Of a stretch of DNA of 49,585 nucleotides, positions 11,327-23,417 are shown piece by piece (the stretch's first letter is position 1; the number at the start of each line of letters is the position of its first letter). The translations under genes were made by a program, and so were the position numbers. The DNA is taken from contig KZ539341.1 of NCBI GenBank assembly GCA_000934665.2, forward strand, positions 1 to 49,585. Direction: 5' to 3'. The notes under the pieces are model-generated. The model made no database searches and was not told where the DNA came from. It saw only the letters and a list, made by a program, of their open reading frames with translations. Source of the DNA: Catajapyx aquilonaris. Its lineage: Eukaryota.

Positions 11327-11537
11327 CACTGATGCGTAGTTGGGGCCAAGACTGCATTCCAATAATGATTCACTTCCGGATTTCCAGAAGAGGATCTGAG
11401 CTTATCGGTAATGTTTCATGAACAGTTATTCTAAAATGAAGCCAGCCCTCCTGCTACTTCAAAAATTAGACAAATGAATCCTTGACTTGATCTGAATGAG
11501 GGCTCTCGAACATTATGGCCCCAACAATGCATCAGTG
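11327..11537. mobile_element. CACTG-terminated TIR element (CACTA/Transib-like MITE)
   Basis: CACTGATGCGTAGTTGGGGCCA / TGGCCCCAACAATGCATCAGTG. TSD not clear. Confidence 0.55.
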
Positions 11538-11551
11538 GATAATTGATTTTG

Positions 11552-11907
11552 TTGACGTGGATATGTCTTTAAAATCGGATCAGGGGGCATGCAGGCAAAC
11601 TCGAGCGTTACAGAAAAGCATTACAGCAGGGCCCCGCTAAGGAACCCATGGCGGGGGCATGCAGGCAAACTAGAGCGAGAAAAGCGTTACAGTCTATTTT
11701 AACTGAGTGCTATAACAGAGTCTATTATAACTGAGTGTGCTATAACCGCCGCTTTTCTGTAACGCTCGAGTTTGCGTGCATGCCCCCTGGTCCGATTTTA
11801 AAGCCTTGTCCACGCCTGCATGCCCCTGCCATTACAGTCGAGAAAAGTGAAACATAATGTAGGTTGAGCCTGCAAAAGCTGCGGCTTGTGTCCCCGACAC
11901 AACCTAA
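11552..11907 (+). mobile_element. Helentron-associated (HINE-like) element copy 1
   Basis: Starts TTGACGTG...AAAATCGGATCAG, has an internal palindrome, and ends AAAAGCTGC..TTGTGTC-CCC-GACACAA-CCTAAT (3' hairpin). Same ends at 43497-43794. Confidence 0.65.
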
Positions 11908-13128
11908 TGTGATTTTTTCCTGATCATACTCCTTGCTCGAAAAATGTTAACTAAATGTCATTTATCGCGGAAGGAATCAACCTGAGATTGTCTCAAGGGT
12001 TAAGCCCAAATAAGCTATATTTTCCACGTTACAACAAAAAATGTTACCTGATAACAAAAAATGCCCACGTCACTGGAGGGGGGAACTTTTTGCACATCAC
12101 CATCGTAGGGTTAATCCTAATAATTCATAATGAACCAGCTAGCCAGGATTTTTTCTACTCACTATCAAGTAAACAAGTACAAGGACAAATCTTTGATTAG
12201 GATTATCTTGAAAGGTTTTTTTTTTTTTTTTTAAACTATTGGATCTCTTTTGAATGCCCACAATATGATCTCAGATTATATTTAAAATTGAGATTAATCT
12301 TGAGGGAAAAATGATGAACTATAATAAAACTAAAAGCAACAACATTAACAACAATAGATTCCTGCAGCTTCATAGCCTTTCTTCATTCCCAACTTTATTC
12401 TTGAATTATTTTAATGTTTTTAGTGATAAGACAAGTCCATCGCCCTTGACAGTTGTCAGGGGATTTGTAGTTCTTGCCAATGCTTCTCTCACACTGTGTT
12501 TAAAGTGCAATGCAATTGCTTACATGATAAAGAGAGATAGCCGGACAACAAGGTGTACCCTGTTTTCCAACTAAATTACCACCACAAAATTTTTTGTCCC
12601 CATTAATAGAATAGCAACTGTGTCAGATTTCATGGGATTGCATTTTACAGTATGTTCAAGACTTCTGCGAGTTTACAAGCACACACTCAATATTGAAAGA
12701 TAGCCCAGGTATAATATCACCGTTGAGGAGCTTGAGCCTTAATTGTTATATGATGTTAACCCTTAACTTGTGCCATGACATTTAGTGTGTCTTCCACTAA
12801 AAATTGTGACCTTGGATGCCAAAAACAATCCTGGAACATATACTTTTGAAAATGTAAAGTGTGATGTGTAACAAGGACATCAGGCCGCAATCAACTCTGT
12901 GTAGCTTTCACCCCTAACTAGGTATTTCAAGTCAGCTGACACTAATTAAAGTTTTTAAAACCTACCTTATGTTGACTAGGAGGATGTGGGCCCCTTGAAA
13001 AGGAATGTTAAGTAACCTAACTCTAAATGTGTATTTAATTCTCAATTTCTCAGTAATTATGTTCTGTTGGCCCTCTTTTTCTATATGCAGGAAAATAATC
13101 ACTCCCAATTATTATGCTTTAACCCTAG

Positions 13129-13407
13129 CTTCCCCAATTGTCAGCACGCCTTGCTTCAGGGAAAAGTGAGCAGCTTCACAGGCAGGAAGGTCAACAGCAG
13201 TCACAACCCCTGTCGAAAAACCTGGAACTGATCAACAGTTCTGTTGGAGGCAGTGGAGGACGTCCCCTCTCAGTAATGCTGTGTTGGATGGCAGCAAAAC
13301 GCAAGCATGTTATGAAGTATGCCACATTCTACCTGGACCAAGGGTTCGATGTTCTGACTGTGAAGTTGACTCCATGGCAACTGCTGTGGCCCATGAAGGG
13401 AAGCCAG
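13129..13407 (+). CDS. TMEM53: TMEM53/DUF829-like protein, coding exon 2
   Basis: RPLSVMLCWMAAKRKHVMKYATFYLDQGFDVL is the DUF829 N-terminal motif. ag acceptor at 13128, CAG|gtatgc donor. Confidence 0.88.
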
Positions 13408-14493
13408 GTATGCAGATGATAGTTTGGATTCATTTCAAAGTTATTGCAGCTTATTGGGAAGAAATATTTCTCATGATGCACTCTGATTTTGTGATGCCTT
13501 CCTATTGCAGCATGCAAAGTCGTTGCTTTGTTGTACTGTTTAATTCATTTTATCACGATCCCTTCCAGGAATATTTTTTCCTCCTACTACCACCATTTTT
13601 AGTGGAAGTGGTATGTAATAATATCCAATAAGAAAGTGAAACTCAGATTTGTTGTGTTCTCTCCTGGTATTGTGAAAATCTGCATTTCACATTCTCAATT
13701 TCACAATCTTTAAACTCTGAAAAAAATTGAGCTTTGTCTGCCATGCTTGGAAAATAAAAGTTTAAATTATGTAATGTTTCTAGCACCTCCTGTGGTGATT
13801 TTAAAATAGAATAATTTCACAATTGCAAATTTCAAATAATGAATCTTGCAATACCACGATAGATAAGGAAAACTTACAGTCTGTCAGTTTCCCTCTTTCA
13901 TCTTCTTATTACGTTATGACTAAAGTCCAGATTTTTAGGGAAATGCCTATTTAGTCCCTTTTCAGTTGGGATGGTTTTGTGAAGAGATCTATCCATTTCA
14001 TAGGTGCAGGATGTGGAAAATGTAGGTTTTATAGTGCCTAAAATGGCCTATTTCATGGTTTTTGGAACTATTTTGCCTATTCTGGCTTTTTGCCACTTTT
14101 CATGCCTATTTGGCCTTATTTTGGGATAGTTTTTGAACTTTTTGAATCAATTTTGGGACTTTTTGGGCCTATTTCGGACATATTCCTTCAGAGGCATGCT
14201 TGGTTTTTTTGCGGACTATTTTTTGTGCTCCTGAAAGGACCAAAATCTTTCAAACGTAATACTAATCATGTTGATGTGATGCATATGTGCTGGAAGGGGG
14301 TTCCAATAAGAGAAAAATCTAGAAAAATATTTGGTAACATACTGTGCAAGTGGAAATTGCCTATAAGCAGTATAGGGTCCAGAGAAAGGAGTGATACTTG
14401 CTTTCACTTTGTGTCTTTTGCCCAAGTTTTGTGATTTTCTGTCACTTGATCATTGTTATTAAGTTTTTGCTATGGTTTGTGACCTTATTTATA

Positions 14494-14990
14494 CAGGGTG
14501 GGCGAAAAGTCCCAGGACACCTGGCTTTTTTTGCCTGCAAAACAAATCTGTGCATGGAAAATGTGTCAGGGATGCTGGTGTGACATATTCTGGACACTGA
14601 CGGAACTGTTTGATGAGGGGAGACGTCTGGGGACCCCCAACAACACCCACAGTAAGTTAACACTGTTAACAGTGCAAGATGGCAGATACGAGCGGGTTCA
14701 CTGTGGAGGAGAGACTTGTGGCTACTGTGTGGGTCCACGGGTGGCCTCATACGGGAAAGAACATAACTCACATAATGCAGGATATCAGGGCTCCTTTTGG
14801 TAAGGTGCCACCGAGAAGAAGTAACTTGAACAAGTGGGAGAAAAAAGCATTCAGCATGGGAAATGTGAAAGACGGGAAGCGTGAAAGACACTTCCCTTGC
14901 TAAATGTTTTTTATGGGTGTTGTTGGGGGTCCTCAGATGTCTCCCCTCATCAAACAGTTCCGTCAGTGTCCAGAATATGTCACACCAGCA
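14494..14990 (+). mobile_element. Tc1/mariner 5' fragment with HTH remnant and internal inverted duplication
   Basis: TA|CAGGGTGGGCG terminus. MADTSGFTVEERLVATVWVH...FGKVPPRRSNLNKWEKKAFSMGNVKD is a DUF4817-like HTH. 14572-14648 is inverted at 14914-14990. Confidence 0.7.
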
Positions 14991-15656
14991 NGGGGGATTA
15001 TTTTTTAAATGCTTATGTAAGATTTTGCACGTTGCTTTACATACATTCAAGTAAAACTCCTGCAAGTGGGCATTTTGACCTAATGCAAATCTTAAATTGT
15101 AGGGGTGTGATATATCAAAAATCCAACCATTAACAATGTAGAATTGTAGACAGTGACGTGCCTTAATGCATGACACTGGTTATGAGCAGGGCTTATCTCT
15201 GCATACATTCGAGAATAAGGTGCAATACAGATGGTCACGTTTGTCTAAGGGGCCACCAAACTCTGACTTTCGTCTGCGTTGCTATCAATTAGGTTTTTGA
15301 CATCTCTTGCCCGTTATTTTGTACTTGCATTGGATCAATGAATACCATGGCAAGAGACATAATGGACCATGTACATTACACATAAAGTGGAAAGGAAGTC
15401 ATGATACATGAGTATGTTTTTCTCAGATTCTGATAATAATCAGTGATGTAATTGATTTGGCATTGAAATCGTGTGGGAATAACAGTGGTAACTGGGTTTT
15501 GTACTAGTATATAAGTAACTGCTACAAAATAAGCAACTAAGTGACAACAAATAGTCACCTAAGTCCAACAAGTATTTCCTATCACCCTGAATAGCAACTT
15601 TGAAATAGGAACCAGTGTTTTGCAAAGTAATTGATCGTTATACTTGTACCTTTGTA

Positions 15657-15817
15657 CAGTATTGGTCATATATCGAGGCAACTGCCAGCGACATTTTCTG
15701 AAGCGGCAGAAGAAGGAATCGAAGATAAGCATACTTACAAGCCGGACGAGCAAGATTCCTTCTCCTGCCGCTTCGGAAAATGTCGCTGGCGGTTGCCTCG
15801 ATATATGACCAGTACTG
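15657..15817. mobile_element. Palindromic TA-target MITE, family A copy 2
   Basis: Near-identical to 3017-3177, with TA flanks on both sides. Confidence 0.85.
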
Positions 15818-16195
15818 TACTGTACCATCTTCACGTGTGGTTGTAGTTCCTTACATTCAGATGCTCATACTGACTCAGTGTTACTTTGGAGAACATTGGT
15901 TTCCTATTCTAAAGTTGCTACATTTTCCGACCCCCTCTCTACGTTTCTTAAGTTTGTGCACAACCTTTTGAATAACCATGTATAGAGAGAGGTGGGAGTA
16001 CTCACCACGTATGAGTTGGGAAGGAGAACCAGAGGCACAATCCCCAAATGTGCAACTCTCTGCAGGTGGTGCAATGAGGCCAATGAGGTTTATGACCTTT
16101 TATGACTTTTCCACTGATACAAATTATCAACTCAATTCTGATACACATAGTGTATATGTACCATATTTAACATTGAAACCATTTTTCATATTCAG

Positions 16196-16467
16196 CTAGT
16201 TGCAGGAAGCGTCCTGGAGTTTTTACGACGCAACAGAGAGCAGTACCCCATGACATTCCTGCATGGTTTCTCAGTGGGTGGCTACCTTTGGGGAGAAGCT
16301 CTGGTGCAAATAGCCCAGCATCCAGACAAATATGGACCGGTGGCAGACAAGATAGTGGGTCAGGTGTGGGACAGCATTGTGGACTTCCACGGCATTCCCA
16401 CTGGACTCCCCAGGGCCATCTTTCCTAACAATCCTGTCATATGCAAGAGCTTCGAGGCATACATTAG
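16196..16467 (+). CDS. TMEM53: TMEM53/DUF829-like protein, coding exon 3
   Basis: LVAGSVLEFL...FLHGFSVGGYLWGE (nucleophile-elbow-like) ...GQVWDS. ttcag acceptor, AG|gtcagt donor. Confidence 0.9.
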
Positions 16468-16557
16468 GTCAGTGAAAAAGAAACATCACCAAAGGTTTTC
16501 TCATAAGTTAGTACTCGTAATTATGTTTTTTGGAAGAACCTATGAAGTGGTTATTAA

Positions 16558-17762
16558 CCCAGATATGCCTGAAAAAGTTTTTGTTGAATTTTTGAACTTT
16601 TTTCGTTTCAATTAGTTCATATAAGTTCCCGAAACACAAAAATCGAGATAAAACATTTTTCTGTATGCTTGTTTAGGAGAAAATGGCAGTTCCATATAAT
16701 TATGGGATGCTAGGAAAATGTAACCTAGTATGGCTATAACAGTTATTGATTACATTACCATGGCAACAGAGACATTCAGCAACATCCATAGTTTCATAAT
16801 ACAGTGAAACCTGGCCATAACGGACCCTGGATATAGCGGAAACCTATCCATTGCGGAATTTTTTCCGGATACGGGCATATGCATGTATTAACTTAGGTGC
16901 CCTCCTGCCTGGCTTCATGGTTCAGTCCAGTGTTAAAATGTCGGGGAAGAGGAAGCGGTTGACCTTAGCTCAGCGGATTATGTCATCGAGAGTTTTTTTC
17001 CACAAATATGTAACACATGTCTAAAATAATACAGTGCTACTGTATACACATCATTTTGCACCATATTGAGGTAAGGGGTCGTCCATATACCACGTGACCA
17101 TTTTGGGGGNGGGGGGGGGGTCGGCGACATTTCACGTGGTATCTCTGAACACAGTGAATGGGCACATATGCCTTGCAAAGAAGGGGTTGTAATTGAGTAA
17201 CAATCAACAACAATCAAGGATTGTTGCAACGGTTGCCATGTTAACCAATTGCCATGTAATCTCGTTTTAATTGTATGGATTCATTAAAATACTGTTCAAC
17301 AAAGCGTACAAAATCCACACACATACTTTACTTGTCCAAATGTGGGTGCATTTGCCTCTTGCATCCCCCAGAGGGGACACCAGATTTCAACACTACTCTC
17401 AGACAAGGAAAGTAAAAAAATATGCCAATATTTCCCCATCGACATCATCATTCATAAGTTTTCTAAGTATTACAAACAATAAATAAGTCATAATGCTAAT
17501 CAACATTCGAGAATTAATTACTAATCGTCTTCGGAACATGGAGGTGCAGCCATTATTTCCTGCGTTAAATTATTTTCAAACACCTGTATCTTAAAAATCT
17601 GAAGCAATATTGAGCAGGTTTGAACTTGTATCATTAGCTGGGACTCTCCTGAAGCACGCTTGACTACTGCCAGCTCTTTAGCAGCAGAAGAACCTGCGCA
17701 AAAAAATTAAAATGTAACAACTGTGCAGGTGTCCACTATAGGGCACACTCGGCATATCTGGG
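16558..17762. mobile_element. Non-autonomous piggyBac-type element containing a nested pogo/Tigger fragment
   Basis: TTAA|CCCAGATATGCC ... GGCATATCTGGG|TTAA. Internal TA|CAGTGAAACCT terminus at 16802 and MSGKRKRLTLAQRI (CENP-B/psq-like start) near 16938. Confidence 0.75.
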
Positions 17763-17863
17763 TTAAAGATCAAGAGCACATGGAGTCGTGGATGTGACTG
17801 GATAGGAGAGGAAATGAGCATAATTATGCCAACTTACTCTGTTCATGTTAAGACAACATGATA

Positions 17864-18290
17864 CTCTCCGATTCACAAAAGTGAACCTTTTTGGATATCC
17901 ATACGCCCGAAATAGTGCCCACCATACTGGGCCCTACCGCACCTCACAACGAAATGTGCAGTTTGTGTAGCTCTGCAGCTACCGCATGAGCTGCCTATGA
18001 TAATTAGGCAGTCAGTACAGTTTTGGACATAAATCAAGGCATACTGCCAGCGACATTTTCGGCAGAAGAAGGAATCTTGCTCGCCTGGGTTGAAATATCC
18101 TTATCTTCGATTCCTTCTTCTGCTGCTTCAGAAAATGTCGCTAGCAATATGCCTCGATTTATGTCCAACACTGTACCAGCACTGTTTCTTCGAGAAAGAC
18201 AGAGATACTGGGGACTAAATTTGTGGCGGCTCACAGACCCCTCGGGCATATAGGTATCCAAAAAGGTTCACTCTTATGTGATGCGGAGAG
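17864..18290. mobile_element. TA-target TIR element with nested family A MITE (18018-18173)
   Basis: TA|CTCTCCG..AGTGAACCTTTTTGGATA..CCCGA / TCGGG..TATCCAAAAAGGTTCACT..CGGAGAG|TA. The inner palindrome is homologous to 3017-3177. Confidence 0.72.
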
Positions 18291-18860
18291 TATCTGGAGG
18301 ACTAGTGGCACACCCAGGATGTTTATTTGGGTGTTGTCATTCATGTCAGCCATGGGGGAGGGGCATGGTGATGGATTTTAACTTTTTTAAATTCAAGGTT
18401 ATCAGTTATTTATTGCATTGGATGCATTGTGTTTCATGCACGTTTTAGTCTTTGCAACGTATTTTTTGAGTATCCAACTCCATGTCAACAGACATTATTT
18501 AAATGTGCGGAATTTAAAAGAGCAGAATGAAAAAGGCAATTTTTTTTGCTGGGGTGGTTGGAAGGTCTCAATTACGTTCATTAATTTTTTGGGGGTACAA
18601 TGCTGGACATTAATGGTGTTATACTGGTGGCACCATTAATGCCCAGCACTGTACTAAGCTGCTCACTATTAGTATTAGCAGTTAGTTATAAAGTTACTGA
18701 TTGGGGGTATTAAATGCTATCTGCATGGGCTATGTTTAATGGGATCATTTGTTTAGGCTCTAATAATTGTAAGCTTGACCTTTACTGCAGGGGGTGTGGG
18801 TTAAGATTATAATAAAAGCACATATTAAATGATTGAATTCATGTATGTTTGCATGTGCAG

Positions 18861-19038
18861 GTACCACATGAAGACGTTCCACAACACTGCAACCATACAC
18901 TACTACAATTCAAGTGAAACTTTCCGTCGTGACCTGGTTAAAGCTCCAGCACTACTCTTCTTCTCCAAGTCAGATCCAGTTGGGACTCCCTTTGGTCATC
19001 TTAGCGTACAGAAGAAGTGGGAGGCTCATGGACTCAAG
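18861..19038 (+). CDS. TMEM53: TMEM53/DUF829-like protein, coding exon 4
   Basis: (R)YHMKTFHN...APALLFFSKSDPVG...WEAHGLK carries the DUF829 (Y/F)SKxD motif. Splice phases consistent. Confidence 0.9.
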
Positions 19039-20285
19039 GTTATTAATTAGTTATAGTATCATGTAGCTGAGCAGCGTCAAACTGGAGTAAGGTCCTGTTG
19101 CCTTCAGAAACTTGCATAGTTTGCCAAAGAACAAGAGTAATTTGCCATAGAAGTCAAGAGTGTCTTTAGCCATGAGCTGGAGGAAAATTGTGGTAGATGT
19201 GTAGTGACCTACCTCAGGCTTGACATTTAGCATAAGCCTGACACTGATGTGTATAATTTTTTACACAGTTTAGGCCTTGTCATGCAACATGTCAAGTCGT
19301 AGAAGCTAGCTTTATTGGATTCGTGATTTGCCAGAGTAGTAGATTGAATAAATCCAGCAACAAAGCCTTTGAATCAACTTTTATTGACTTGGTTATTTTT
19401 TGGAGGAGGATCTGAGTAAAAATGACATTTTTTACCAAGCAAGAAAATTATAACATCAATTATAATTGTTGTAAAAAAAATCTTATTCAGTTGTAAAAAT
19501 TAATCAGAATTTTTGAAAATGACCATTTCTGTATCAATCTTATGTGGCTAAATGGCTAAAGTAATTATGTGGCATTTTTTTGTGGTTGCTGAAATTTTTC
19601 TGCACCCTGGGCCCTGGCAATTGAGGTCCGCTCACCCAGGTCAATAACTCAGGACACAGGTGAAAGGAAATCAGGCGGGCATGAAAATTGTAAATAATTT
19701 TTTATGAAGACAGTAAACCACAGTGAGGAAGTATAGTGTTTGCTTTTTAGTTCAGAGGTCAGGTTGTCATTATGTATATATCGACATGGTTACCAGGAGA
19801 GGAACAAATTGGGGTAGCAGTTGATGGAATTAACATAGCAAACATGGAGAAAATCTGTAAATCACAGAATTTCAATGTTTTTGGTGATAAATCATGGTCA
19901 TGGCTTTGGTGCCTGTTAGAGTGGACATATTTAATGCCACTGTTGCTACTTGCTTTGATAAATGTTTGATGGAATTGAACACACGGAGGTTGGAGGACCC
20001 GAGTAAGTTGTAGGTTACCTTTTGGATAAATTTTTTTGTAGAACCTCCCAAATTGAACAAAAACTGGCACAGTATCCCATAGCAGCCAGATCCACAGATA
20101 TTTTATGCATTTTTGTCCTGTCCAAGACAGAAACAGTGGACCAAGTGGGTTTTTTTCTGACCCCTTACCAAAACAGCTACAAGGCACCTGTTCAATAGTA
20201 GTTGATTTTTAATTTATTTTTACTTTTTGGACTTCAGCTTTAGTTAGTTTCTAGGACATGTTTTAAATCTGTTTCCTTGGTACAG

Positions 20286-20426
20286 ACTTACATCAAGTGC
20301 TTCGAGAACTCTCCACATGTGAGCCACTTGCATTTCCACCCCCAAGAATACATGGCGGAGTTATGCGCCTTTTTGGGCAAGTTGGGCCTGCTGACTCATC
20401 CAGAGAAGTTAAAAGCCAGGCTTTAA
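20286..20426 (+). CDS. TMEM53: TMEM53/DUF829-like protein, last coding exon (ends KARL*, PTS1)
   Basis: TYIKCFENSPHVSHLHFHPQEY...LKARL* has the SxHVxH motif of DUF829. TAA at 20424-20426. Total 317 aa. Confidence 0.9.
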   Translation, partial: TYIKCFENSPHVSHLHFHPQEYMAELCAFLGKLGLLTHPEKLKARL

Positions 20427-20749
20427 GTCAGTGAGGGAAAAAGGTAACTTATTTTATTCCCTACTGTTTTTTTATACTTATGCACTGCCAGCATAAAGGT
20501 GCATTCACATATCCGCAACTGGAAAAGGGGATGAGACAAACATCTCCCCACAGCCAACTCCACATCAACACCTCGCCTGCGCGCCATCGTGCGGGAGGCC
20601 GGGAAGCTCTGAAGAGAGCGGCTACTCAGCAGCCGCTACAGCTATTGCGCTATTCTGCGACTCGGTATCGTTGCATTTTCGCCATAAAATTATGCGTGAC
20701 TGACAATACTTCCTGCAGGGTACTGTACGGTACTAAATAAATTCCTGGA

Positions 20750-20907
20750 TAAAAATAAGGAGGAACGGAGTGAAAAAAAAGACACAGAAGAAAAGACGAC
20801 GAAAAGGGGGCGGGGGGGGGGGGGNNNNNNNNNNNCTCATGGGGACGCGAACCTGCAGCCTTCTGATCTATAGGCCAGCGCGCTAACCGATACGCTACAG
20901 CAGCCAT
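20750..20907 (-). mobile_element. tRNA-derived SINE fragment
   Basis: Minus strand GGCTGCTGTAGCGTATCGGTTAGCGCGCTGGCC...GCAGGTTCGCGTCCC has A/B boxes, followed by a gap-containing C-rich body. Confidence 0.6.
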
Positions 20908-21165
20908 CGCTGGGATTGCTCCTTCCGATGGGGATTCTTACACTGCACAGAGGTCAGGCCGCCGTTAAATGACTAATGACGTGGAGGGGGCGAGCGTGTT
21001 GATATTTTCAGTGCTGGAATATTAATTTTCACTGCTTGATGTGGGCAGGGGGTAGGGGTACGACGTACTAACCCAACCTGTCCTAACCTAACCTTCAGTC
21101 GTTGCGTATACAGCCCTATCCTCAGCGTATACAGCCCTACGTACGGATGTGACTACGTACCTGGT

Positions 21166-21273
21166 GTCCAACAAGAATTGTCGCAAGCGGCAGCGCACGA
21201 ACTACATTCTCTCGTATACCTGTGCTCGTAGATTGTAGTTCGTGCGCTGCCGCTGCGACAATTCTTGTTGGAC
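21166..21273. repeat. Hairpin-forming inverted repeat (MITE-like)
   Basis: GTCCAACAAGAATTGTCGCAAGCGGCAGCGCACGAACTACA / TGTAGTTCGTGCGCTGCCGCTGCGACAATTCTTGTTGGAC. Confidence 0.75.
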
Positions 21274-22672
21274 TGATAGTACACCGTATATGATAGCAGG
21301 ATAGCGGATAGCGGAATCGCAGTAGCTGCTACGAAGTAGCAGTTATTCGATGGAGTGATCAGATTGGCGATGAACGGAACAGCGCATGCGCAGGCGAGGT
21401 GTCGATGTGGAGTTGGCTGTGGGGAGACGTTTTTGGGATGAGAGCTGTCCTAACCTTTTTCAAGTCCAACAGCCCGTTTCCCGCTATTTATTCAAATGAA
21501 CAAATCTCCACATACATAAAGCCAATAGGCCATAAAAGAAATCAACATTAATCAACAATTAACAACAGCAGGAGCCATCACAAGACTTCATTCAAGTATA
21601 TCGTCACCATCATAGTCAGTATGGGCAGGGTTTCCGCTTCACCAGGCCGTCTTCTTCTCATATCCGCAACTGTGACCACTACTGCGACCCCTCTCCCGAG
21701 CGAGGTCAAAGTCATGGTGTTGCCCAGCTACTTGGGGCCCGGTCCCGGCGCTCTTTGGCGCGCGACGGGACAGCAGTCACGCATCGGTCGTCCACGATTC
21801 CATGCCCGAACAAAAAAAATGGAGGTTCCTCTCGCCTCCTCTGAGAGCCAACCTTATCCCTCAAAGTACAGGCTTGGAAGGCATATTTCCAAAACAACCA
21901 GCCATCTGATATGGTCATTGGCCAACTCCATGGACGTTTGTAAAAGTAAAATAATTTAAGTTTTTAATCCAAGGCATCCCCCCATGCCCCTCAACGGGTG
22001 AAGTGGCAGGCAGGATGGCAGCGAGGTTCGAAATTGAATCCGGGGATATGTTGAATACGGTACAGTACGTCAAAATAAATGTTTGGGGGCATAATTCCAT
22101 AATGAAACCAGTTTTGATCATCTGCTACAGTCAAGGCAGAGTTCCATGGACGTTTGTAGTAAAAGGGGAGTTGTGCATAGTTACACAAACACTACATAGA
22201 TGTGGCCGGAAAGTGTTCCAGGACTTTAGACATGTACGCCAATGCACGCGAGTAGCAGTGGAAAAAATGGACTGCACATTTCTTTCAGGTAAATCAAAAT
22301 GCGTGCAGTTTATTGCTGTTATATTGGGGATGTGCGGTCAAATATCCAGCACGACGGGGCCGCAAAGATTAGTATGGAACTAGTGTATGTGACAGGATTT
22401 TGTGCGTATTTGGAGAAGTTGGGGCAAATTGTCCACCAAAAATGAGGAAACTGCAATAAATGCAGCTGAACTGTGGCACTGTTTTTTTCTTCACATGGTG
22501 TGGTCGTGTTTTGAATGTCTGAAAATAACACCATATGCATTTCGGTCAGACATTTGAATGACGCATATTTTGCGTATTTTCATGTTTTTGCGTATTTTCA
22601 TGTTTTTGCGTCTCCTTTTCCATTGCGTGCATACATGTATGTGTGTATGAATATTTTGGCTAGAGCATCACA

Positions 22673-22999
22673 AAAGGACATGGCACAAAATGTATGGGCC
22701 AGTGGCCTTCCGTTCAATTTGCCTGAAAATTGGATATGTTGTCGCCCAGACCGTCCTGATCAATGTTGGATAGGGACATTTCGAGGTAGGACCTACAGGG
22801 AGCATGCTAATATAATATGGGGAGTAGTTACTATACTCCCCCATATTACCTTCAGAGGCCATTAGCATGCTCCCTGTACGTCCTATCTCGAAATGTCCCA
22901 ATCTAACATTGATCAGGACGGTCTGGGCGACAACATATCCCATTTTCAGGCAAATCGAACGGCATGCCACTGACCGATACATTTTGTGCCGTGTCCTTT
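22673..22999. mobile_element. Long-arm palindromic MITE
   Basis: About 140-bp arms (22673-22811 versus 22861-22999) are near-perfect reverse complements. Confidence 0.8.
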
Positions 23000-23254
23000 C
23001 AATCAAATCGCCAGAAAATTACCTTCAGAACAACCAGGTTGTACTATTAACTCACTTTCGAAAATCTCCTACTTTGGTTTCACACTCGTACACTGCAACC
23101 ATCAGCGGAAGAAAAAAAATCATTCCAAACTCCAAAGGTTTGAGTGGGATATCAAGTAACCATCCAAAAATAATTTTAAGCAAATTCTGCTGCTTATATT
23201 CAGAGCTATCGTGAATGTAGAGTAGGCCTTCGTAGCCTCGTAGGCGTAGCATTA

Positions 23255-23417
23255 AGGCCCATACACACAGGCGGTTTTGGTCTTCGGTCGCGTTGACACC
23301 GCGGACCAATCATGACTCATGTAAACAAGCTCAACACTTGTGTTGCACTTGTTGATAGGTCCGCGGCGTCAACGTGACCAAAGACCAAAACCGTCGACCG
23401 CCTGTGTGTATGGGCCT
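23255..23417. mobile_element. PIF/Harbinger-type MITE
   Basis: TTA|AGGCCCATACACACAGGCGG ... CCGCCTGTGTGTATGGGCCT|TTA. Confidence 0.85.

Noticed and set aside
13091..13128. Upstream acceptor for TMEM53-like exon 2
   Set aside because: It places an in-frame TAA (13096-13098) ahead of the coding frame. The acceptor at 13128 fits phase 0.
14442..15176. 244-aa minus-strand ORF
   Set aside because: It runs through an inverted-duplicated transposon fragment (internal peptide repeat, an N base) and is not a plausible gene.
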